Shown here: positions 23,229-32,000 of the stretch, in pieces
Layout of the letters: each line of letters begins with the position of its first letter
How positions within the stretch are numbered: position 1 is the first letter of the stretch
Origin: Saccharolobus solfataricus
GTDB taxonomy: Archaea > Thermoproteota > Thermoprotei_A > Sulfolobales > Sulfolobaceae
Assembly: GCF_900079115.1 (NCBI RefSeq)
Contig: NZ_LT549890.1
Span: 1,860,001 to 1,892,000 of the forward strand
Direction of reading: 5' to 3'
DNA: 32,000 nt
Program-made: the position numbers and the translations under genes
Notes under the pieces: generated by a model
Database searches by the model: none
What the model was told of the DNA's origin: nothing
What the model saw: only the letters and a program-made list of their open reading frames with translations

Positions 23229-26200
23229 CTTTCAATTCTATAGTAGATTAGCAACACATTGCTCATATAACTACACCATTCACTATTGCCTCCTTTCAAT
23301 TCTATAGTAGATTAGCACAATGTATGACTATGGATATCAATGGAGCGTCGGCTTAACTTTCAATTCTATAGTAGATTAGCCAAATAATCTAGCATTTTCT
23401 TCATAAAGTTCATTACATACCTTTCAATTCTATAGTAGATTAGCCTTAAAAGTGTTGGAGTTTGTGCAGTTAGTTGAATTTCACTCTTTCAATTCTATAG
23501 TAGATTAGCGTTATTCCTAATTGTTTTCGGAAATTATTTTGAGAATGAACTTTCAATTCTATAGTAGATTAGCGCCGTACTGACTTCTCCCCTGCCAGCG
23601 AGGGTTCTCCTCATCTTTCAATTCTATAGTAGATTAGCTTCCCCACCATTATGTACCACTATTATGCTTCCATTTATTCTTTCAATTCTATAGTAGATTA
23701 GCATGTTCTTTTTCCAGAACTGTAACTATAATTTTGTTGATACTTTCAATTCTATAGTAGATTAGCTATTTTTGCGTATTTACACGATTTATTTATTTCG
23801 CAGAATTCTTTCAATTCTATAGTAGATTAGCAGTGATGCGTACTACGACCGTGAAAATGAGTTGAAAAAACTTTCAATTCTATAGTAGATTAGCCATCAC
23901 GCAGAATAATGGTTCAGGTAACTTTTTAAGGCTTTCAATTCTATAGTAGATTAGCTGATTATATTCAAGGACAATATGTTGAAACGCCGATTTTATCTTT
24001 CAATTCTATAGTAGATTAGCAGATGCTATTGGAGGATTTCACCAGGTTGGGTTATAATGTCAAATACTTTCAATTCTATAGTAGATTAGCTCAGAGTTTT
24101 TTTATTTTTTCTATTTGAAATTAAGCACGCTTTCAATTCTATAGTAGATTAGCTTGGGTGTTTTGTTTAGGTTTGAAAAAGATTATCTTATTTTCTCTTT
24201 CAATTCTATAGTAGATTAGCCCAACGGCTCTTACGCCCTCCTCGGCATGTACAACGGGACGCTTTCAATTCTATAGTAGATTAGCAAGATACCACAACAC
24301 TTGGAGTTAATGCATTATTGAATATGGATACATCTTTCAATTCTATAGTAGATTAGCGGAAAGGCTAATGGAGACAAAAAGAAGTCTAAAAAGCAGCTTT
24401 CAATTCTATAGTAGATTAGCTTCTTCAGCTTCTTCCCAACGCTATATGTGCTATTAGGTGTAACCTTTCAATTCTATAGTAGATTAGCCGGCACAGTACT
24501 ACTATCTGAAAGTGTTGCATCTCCAAATACTTTCAATTCTATAGTAGATTAGCAACACGTCCTTTTTCATTTGTAATATCTGAACCTGGAACTTTCAATT
24601 CTATAGTAGATTAGCCCTAATATCCTCGGGTACTTATAGAACCCTCCTTCTGGTCCTTTCAATTCTATAGTAGATTAGCCTGTTAGTAAGCCCCTTGCTA
24701 CAACTCTATAGAAGTGCGGGTTTTAAACAGCTGTTTGAGAATATAAACATGGGGTAAAAAAGCTACAACTCTATAGAAGTGCGGGCTTTCAATTCTATAG
24801 TAGATTAGCATATTTAAAGTTTTTGCTCAACCAGTTAGGTAACAAGTATTCTCTTTCAATTCTATAGTAGATTAGCAAAGCGGTTGTTTTCCAGTTCCAG
24901 AAACTGGAATTCTTATCTTTCAATTCTATAGTAGATTAGCGGATTTTTAAATGGAGTGAATTGATAAAATGATAAAGCCTTTCAATTCTATAGTAGATTA
25001 GCTTGGTGGGGCGATGAACGGCAACGATATGTTGGACGTCATCTTTCAATTCTATAGTAGATTAGCCTGGAAAACAAATTGAAGAAAGTAAAAAAATTGA
25101 AATTTTAACTTTCAATTCTATAGTAGATTAGCGATAGAGAAAAGTTTATAAAGGAGAGTGAAGATATGTATATCTTTCAATTCTATAGTAGATTAGCTCT
25201 AACACTTTATGATTTCAAGAACTTTGCAAGAAATAACTTTCAATTCTATAGTAGATTAGCTTAGCATGCGAAACAAATGAAGAATTCAGAAGAGAGTTAG
25301 CTTTCAATTCTATAGTAGATTAGCAAAGAATGAGGAAAGAGGCATTGGAAGGCATTGAAGAAGGTACTTTCAATTCTATAGTAGATTAGCTGGAGATTTA
25401 ATTAGATATCATCACTTCGTTCCTTTCTCTCCTTTCAATTCTATAGTAGATTAGCCTGTTACGCCGGTGCTGGAGGGTAAGTTAGTTGGAGAGCTCTTTC
25501 AATTCTATAGTAGATTAGCTTTCCCAGACTTAGTAAAGGACATTTGGAAGGTTCTAATCTTTCAATTCTATAGTAGATTAGCATGAAACAGAAAAAGTTA
25601 ACATTTTAGACCACCAATTAAACTTTCAATTCTATAGTAGATTAGCAAGACCCCGACTTTTTAAGGTTTACAGATCCCGCAGAAAACTTTCAATTCTATA
25701 GTAGATTAGCATGAGGTTCGTCGTGTAGGGATTAATCCCGTGTCTAAAGCTTTCAATTCTATAGTAGATTAGCTAATTATCAATGGCAAACCGCATATAA
25801 TTGGATGAGATTACTTTCAATTCTATAGTAGATTAGCTTTACTACACATGTAATAAGTATGTTGATTATGGAATAGAATCTTTCAATTCTATAGTAGATT
25901 AGCTTGAACACGTGATATAGAACCAGTTGTTCTAATACGTTCTTTCAATTCTATAGTAGATTAGCAACAATAGCAATAGCTTTGCTTATAGTCGGTGTAA
26001 TAATCTTTCAATTCTATAGTAGATTAGCTTGTAAAGACTAGGTAAAACTTTGTTATCATAATAGCAGTACTTTCAATTCTATAGTAGATTAGCAGGAGGG
26101 GCTATACGTACGATCACGAATGTAACATTATCGTGACTTTCAATTCTATAGTAGATTAGCAGTATCTGGCTTTTCGACACAAAACTTCCTTTACCAACCT

Positions 26201-29015
26201 TTCAATTCTATAGTAGATTAGCACGACGATGCTATGTGTTGCACTGTATTTGATCACGGTTATCTTTCAATTCTATAGTAGATTAGCTACGGTTAAAAGT
26301 TGGCAAAAAGCTTAAATTTTTGCATCTTTCAATTCTATAGTAGATTAGCCTTATGAGCCTCTTTGAGATGTGTCTCTGACTTCTGACTTTCAATTCTATA
26401 GTAGATTAGCATAAATAAACTAGGTTTGTATTTATCACCTCCAACAATTCACTTTCAATTCTATAGTAGATTAGCAAACGATAAATTAGCACTATATTAT
26501 AACTATGATTCTACACACTTTCAATTCTATAGTAGATTAGCAACTGTAACTGGTAGCCTTGGTCAGGTGTTACTGACAGTGTCGATGCTTTCAATTCTAT
26601 AGTAGATTAGCCAAAATGATATACATATAGTACCATCACCTAGCGCAAGACCTTTCAATTCTATAGTAGATTAGCGGATATCCAGCAATTGCAACAGGTG
26701 GGTCGGGGATATCATTGCCTTTCAATTCTATAGTAGATTAGCTTTAACTATGACTTTTCAGAATACAACAATTTCGCCAATTCTTTCAATTCTATAGTAG
26801 ATTAGCATGTATACAATAGATCATATGTTATATATAGAGAATGTACCAATCTTTCAATTCTATAGTAGATTAGCTCTTGTACAAACTCTCATACACGTTC
26901 ATTGCAAAACAGTTCATCTTTCAATTCTATAGTAGATTAGCTACACTGTTGCTTTCCTAACGCTCTACATCGCGTTGTCTTTCAATTCTATAGTAGATTA
27001 GCTGCAGGAGGGCGAGGAAGAATGATAAAGATGGAGGAAAACTTTCAATTCTATAGTAGATTAGCTTGTCCCTTCCATGGGCATTTGTCACTTTCACAAA
27101 ACCTACTTTCAATTCTATAGTAGATTAGCATAAAAAAAGAATTATAACTTATTCATCATTCTTTTAATACTTTCAATTCTATAGTAGATTAGCTTATAAT
27201 CCCCGTGACACAGAAAGAATTTTAAATATCATAATCTTTCAATTCTATAGTAGATTAGCTAAACTAACAAGTAAAATTATAACTCCTAACGGAATTGCCT
27301 TTCAATTCTATAGTAGATTAGCTGACGATTATAACACTGAACATGAGTATGCAGTAAGTGAAGTCTTTCAATTCTATAGTAGATTAGCAGAATAATCAGT
27401 GATGAACAGTGTGAGAAACTTGTCCAAGTTTTCTTTCAATTCTATAGTAGATTAGCATGATGTTGAAAATGGACTAAAACTTTTAGATGAAAAACTCTTT
27501 CAATTCTATAGTAGATTAGCTGAACGGAACATCTATTTTTACTCCTAACATCATTCAATCACTTTCAATTCTATAGTAGATTAGCAAATAATGATAAATA
27601 AGGATGAGGTGATAGTACAATGAAATTCTTTCAATTCTATAGTAGATTAGCAGCCCTCCAAAATCGTAAAACCTTGAATATATGAAGTTAAATTTACTTT
27701 CAATTCTATAGTAGATTAGCGTGCTGTAGGCTGTAGGACTGTCGAGGTAGCGTTTGAAGCTTTCAATTCTATAGTAGATTAGCAGAGTTAATAAACATTT
27801 CGAATCCCCACGCTAACGAAAAGCTTTCAATTCTATAGTAGATTAGCACAAATAACGAAACGAATAAATATAATAAATTATGAATACTTTCAATTCTATA
27901 GTAGATTAGCTTGGTGAACCGGTGATAATATTCGTTACGGCGTCCAATACTGTCTTTCAATTCTATAGTAGATTAGCCCTTACCCTTCAGGAAGCTGCAG
28001 AAGATGGTGGAGTACACTTTCAATTCTATAGTAGATTAGCCATCCGTTACGCTGAGCATACTAAGATCTGTCCTATTTGCCATACTTTCAATTCTATAGT
28101 AGATTAGCTATGGGGGTCAGTGACACTTATTCCACCGTTCAGTATTTCTTTCAATTCTATAGTAGATTAGCTGGAATTTTGAATTTTTTGCACCGCTCCA
28201 ATTATTATTTGGCTTTCAATTCTATAGTAGATTAGCTTGTCTGTCGGTGAAGCAGTAGTATTTCTAAGAGGCCGTCCCTTTCAATTCTATAGTAGATTAG
28301 CTCTACTTCTGTCTTCTTAGCCATTCAGCTCACCTTTGCTTTCAATTCTATAGTAGATTAGCGTAAGAATAATTTTACAAAATCTTAGTAATTATATAGT
28401 TTATATCTTTCAATTCTATAGTAGATTAGCCCTCGCTTTAACCGAGGTGTCTCGGTGACGCTTGCTCCGTCTTTCAATTCTATAGTAGATTAGCAGATTG
28501 GTGTATAGTAACAGAAAAGCAGACAACGAAAGGACTTTCAATTCTATAGTAGATTAGCATGTTAGTTATCGGCGTTATAATGGGTATCGGAATCGGTGTA
28601 GCTTTCAATTCTATAGTAGATTAGCCTATTTTTGTCAATAATTTTTTTATTTTTGCATTTTTCGAAATCTTTCAATTCTATAGTAGATTAGCGTAATCTT
28701 ATTTCTGCGGTAAATTGAGATTATAGATGGTACCTTTCAATTCTATAGTAGATTAGCATCATTTATGCACATTTCAACTCCATTTCCAATATGAATCTTT
28801 CAATTCTATAGTAGATTAGCCCACGTTTTTTGTCTTAACTTTAATTGATTTATTAGAATCTTTCAATTCTATAGTAGATTAGCAAGGTCAATCCATTCTG
28901 GGGGCGTTAAACCCGCATCCCTGTCTTTCAATTCTATAGTAGATTAGCGGCAGTGTTAGAATACTAACGGGCGAAGAAGAATGGGTTTATTCTTTCAATT
29001 CTATAGTAGATTAGC
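23229..29015 (-). CRISPR. CRISPR array with 89 identical 24-nt repeats. It has 87 ordinary spacers of 37-48 nt and one aberrant 106-nt interval.
   Basis: I located every repeat by hand; the first is 23229-23252 and the last 28992-29015. All read CTTTCAATTCTATAGTAGATTAGC on the + strand. The reverse complement, GCTAATCTACTATAGAATTGAAAG, ends in ATTGAAAG, the known 8-nt 5' crRNA handle of Sulfolobales. The functional transcript is therefore inferred to be minus-strand. Confidence 0.97.
24697..24785. repeat. Heterologous mini-array: two copies of GCTACAACTCTATAGAAGTGCGGG (24697-24720 and 24762-24785) around a 41-nt spacer-like segment
   Basis: This is an exact 24-nt direct repeat with CRISPR-like spacing, embedded between standard repeats 23 and 24. 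The second copy abuts the next standard repeat with no spacer. Confidence 0.8.
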
Positions 29016-29038
29016 AAGAAGAGAAGGAGGGTATCATA

Positions 29039-29428
29039 GTGAGGGTAGCCAACTTGTTGGCTGTGGGCTTCCTCTATAGCGAGTCTCCAACACTAGTGGA
29101 TAGGTTTGCTAATGCCTTATCCAAAGAGGCTGTGACTAAGGTTCTATATGATGTTCAAAGGATTGTACAGATGGGTATTGATAGGGGTGAGATAGTGAGC
29201 ACGACAACTATGATTCAAGGAAAGGAATATCCCGCTGTTAACGTGTCTTCAAGTGAGGGGAAGTACACGGTAGTGGGTTATCTACCGACTAACCAAGATA
29301 TAGAATATTTTCTTAGGATGATTGAGGAAGATGTGTATTATGCTAGGAAGGCTGGTGCGTTAGCCATGAGTATAGCAAATAGGACTAAGTTAGTTAGTAA
29401 GAGTGAACAAGGTGGTGAAAAGAAATGA
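29039..29428 (+). CDS. csa5: Csa5 (type I-A small subunit)
   Basis: The 129-aa ORF lies directly upstream of, and overlaps, cas7(csa2). The start is GTG, with GGAGGG 8 nt upstream. Its position and size match Csa5 of Sulfolobus type I-A modules. Confidence 0.7.
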   Translation: MRVANLLAVGFLYSESPTLVDRFANALSKEAVTKVLYDVQRIVQMGIDRGEIVSTTTMIQGKEYPAVNVSSSEGKYTVVGYLPTNQDIEYFLRMIEEDVYYARKAGALAMSIANRTKLVSKSEQGGEKK

Positions 29429-30390
29429 TAGGCGGTTCAGGTAGATTTTTAGTAAATCTGGAGTCGCTGAATGGTGTTGAGAGTATAGGGAACTTAACCA
29501 AGCACAGAACCGCTCCAGTTGTGTTAAAGACTTCAACCGGTTATTTAGTGAGATATGTTCCAGTGATTTCCGGAGAAGCCTTAGCTCATGCCTATCAAGC
29601 AAGCCTAGTGGATATAGCTAAAAAAGAGGGATTGCCTGTAGGTAATTTATCTTCTCAATACGAGTTCATAAAGTTCTCAACCGATGAGGCGTTAAAGATT
29701 GAAGGGATAAAGGAACCCAAGGATTATAATGATGCGAGGAGGTTCGAGGTAGAGGTGATGCTTAAGGACGTCATTGCTGATGTTGGAGGTTTCATGTACG
29801 CTGGAAGTGCTCCGGTGAGAAGAACATCAAGGATAAAGTTAGGTTATATGATACCGGCTTTAAGGGGAGACGAAATACCTGCACAACTAGAAGCGCAATT
29901 TCACGTGAGATTCTCAAATAAGCCTGTTAAAGGTTCTCAAGCTATCTTCAACGTGGAAGTGTCCTCTGCTCTCTACACGTTTTCGTTTGAACTTGACGAA
30001 GATTTGATAGCAGTTCCATCTACTGTGGGGGAAAAGGTTAAAGGCGAAGAGGAGTTAGAGAGGCAAAAGGCTCGAAGGGTTGACTCTGCAATTAAAGCCC
30101 TTTACTCTTTGCTAGCGGGTAATTTCGGAGGGAAGAGGTCTAGGTTCTTACCATCCATGAAGTTGATGTCTTTAGTAGTGGTGAAGACTGATTTCCCATT
30201 CATACCGGAACCTGGGCATGACGATAGTTACATTAAGACCACTGTTATGAGGTTAGAGAAGGCTAAAAGTGTGTTGAACGGAAATGTAGCTAAGGTCTAT
30301 GTGATTAACAATGAGGGTATAGAAGTGGGTGAAGGAGCTACAGTACTGTCAAGTGTTGAGGATTTGGTAGCTAAATTAAAGGAAAAGTAG
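29425..30390 (+). CDS. cas7: Cas7 / Csa2 (type I-A backbone)
   Basis: [29 protein letters not shown]...[16 protein letters not shown] is the hallmark Csa2 N-terminus. Confidence 0.9.
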   Translation: MIGGSGRFLVNLESLNGVESIGNLTKHRTAPVVLKTSTGYLVRYVPVISGEALAHAYQASLVDIAKKEGLPVGNLSSQYEFIKFSTDEALKIEGIKEPKDYNDARRFEVEVMLKDVIADVGGFMYAGSAPVRRTSRIKLGYMIPALRGDEIPAQLEAQFHVRFSNKPVKGSQAIFNVEVSSALYTFSFELDEDLIAVPSTVGEKVKGEEELERQKARRVDSAIKALYSLLAGNFGGKRSRFLPSMKLMSLVVVKTDFPFIPEPGHDDSYIKTTVMRLEKAKSVLNGNVAKVYVINNEGIEVGEGATVLSSVEDLVAKLKEK

Positions 30391-30405
30391 TGAGGCAGGG
30401 GAGAT

Positions 30406-31111
<706 letters not shown>

Positions 31112-31128
<17 letters not shown>

Positions 31129-32000
31129 TTTCTATAACGATTTCATAACTCGTCATGGCTTTGAGGAAAGGAAGGGTATTGAAGAGACTTTACTAAATTT
31201 GGAAAACGGGCATAGCGTTATACTTAAGGCTCCCACTGGTTACGGTAAAACAACGTTAACTATGATTTTAGCTAATGCCGTTAGTAGTGATATTGACCTA
31301 GGTAGTAGGGTTATTCACGTATTGCCGTATAGGGCTATTGTGCAAGATTTGTATCTAAAGCTGAAAAATTACGCTGATAGAGGGGTAATTTACACTAAGA
31401 ATATTGGTGCCCAAGACATGGATTATCAAGATTCCCCTTTTTTCATGAAGAAAGTTAACGTTACGACTCTAGATACCTTCATTCTCAATTTGTTTAAATT
31501 ACCTACTGTTGATTTTAAGTTAATTTTTAAAAATTACGGTTCTCATTATGAGTTCCCTAGGGCGTTAATATATAGTAGTATTGTAATATTTGATGAATTT
31601 CACTTATTGGGAGAGGATGGTAAGAGTTTAGGAGCTGGACTTGCCGCTTTAGAAGTTTTGAGGGATGCGGGTGTTCCGATAGTAGTTACTTCAGCTACAA
31701 TAGATAAGGGGTTGGAGAGGGTTTTGATGAACAAGCTGGGTAAGAATGTAAAGGTAGTTAACGCGGATGATTTTAAAATTGATAGAAAGATATACGTTAA
31801 CGTATTGGAGAATGATGAGATTTCCATTACTGAGGAAAAGGTAAAAGAGGGTAAGAGGGTTCTTTTGGTTTACAATACGAGAATGGGGGCAATTGAAGCC
31901 TATAAGAAGTTAAAGGGAAGGGGGTTATCTCCTATTCTAATTCACAGTAAGTTCAGTAAAAAGGATAGGATAGATAAAGTGAACAAGATAAACGAGGCAA
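31112..32000 (+). CDS. cas3: Cas3' helicase (SF2 DEAH-type), N-terminal ~296 codons; it runs off the window
   Basis: The frame is open to the window edge, so it is not in the ORF track. Translation gives MLSLADFYNDFITRHGFEERKGIEETLLNLENGHSVILKAPTGYGKTTLT (motif I) ...VIFDEFHLLG (motif II, DEFH) ...VVTSATI (motif III). The ATG overlaps the cas5 end. Confidence 0.85.

Noticed and set aside
25711-25749. A spacer containing GGGATTAATCCCG, which resembles the start of another Sulfolobus repeat family (GATTAATCCC...)
   Set aside because: Only about 10 nt match, and the motif is itself a simple palindrome. That is too short to indicate array-derived DNA.
27769-28107. Two ORFs of 61-63 aa on opposite strands inside the CRISPR array (27769-27960 minus, 27922-28107 plus)
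   Set aside because: Their sequences consist of translated repeat units, for example the recurring YYRIES and FQFYSRLA. They are artefacts of the periodic array.

Overview
This is an AT-rich crenarchaeal accessory region of Sulfolobus/Saccharolobus type. That assignment is inferred from the CRISPR repeat, the Cmr7-containing Cmr operon and the IS content. CRISPR-Cas genes and insertion sequences dominate the window.

Contents from left to right:
- The 5' part of an IS200/IS605-type tnpB on the minus strand, running off the window.
- A vapBC pair and a UPF0145/YbjQ-like gene.
- A ~1.19-kb DDE insertion sequence (copy 1), itself split by an exactly 1,332-bp IS256-family element.
- A ~4-kb visibly GC-richer island. 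It encodes a P-loop NTPase ORF and a large helical ORF that are one reading frame broken by a single TAG.
- Three small N/Y/W-rich orphan ORFs.
- A complete seven-gene type III-B Cmr operon: cmr7-cmr4-cmr5-cmr1-cmr6-cmr2(cas10)-cmr3.
- A convergent two-gene module: an ABC/SMC-like ATPase plus a small Toprim-like protein.
- A second, diverged copy of the DDE IS.
- An 89-repeat CRISPR array with the + strand repeat CTTTCAATTCTATAGTAGATTAGC. It holds an embedded two-repeat heterologous mini-array.
- The start of a type I-A interference operon (csa5-cas7-cas5-cas3'), whose last gene runs off the window.

No cas6, cas1/2/4 or CARF-type effector gene is visible in the 32 kb.

The items most worth follow-up are:
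- the amber-split STAND-like NTPase gene on the GC-rich island;
- the ATPase+Toprim pair wedged between the Cmr operon and the array;
- the foreign mini-array inside the CRISPR locus;
- the fact that the array has no room for a leader at either end.

All functional calls come from reading motifs by eye. No database searches were run.
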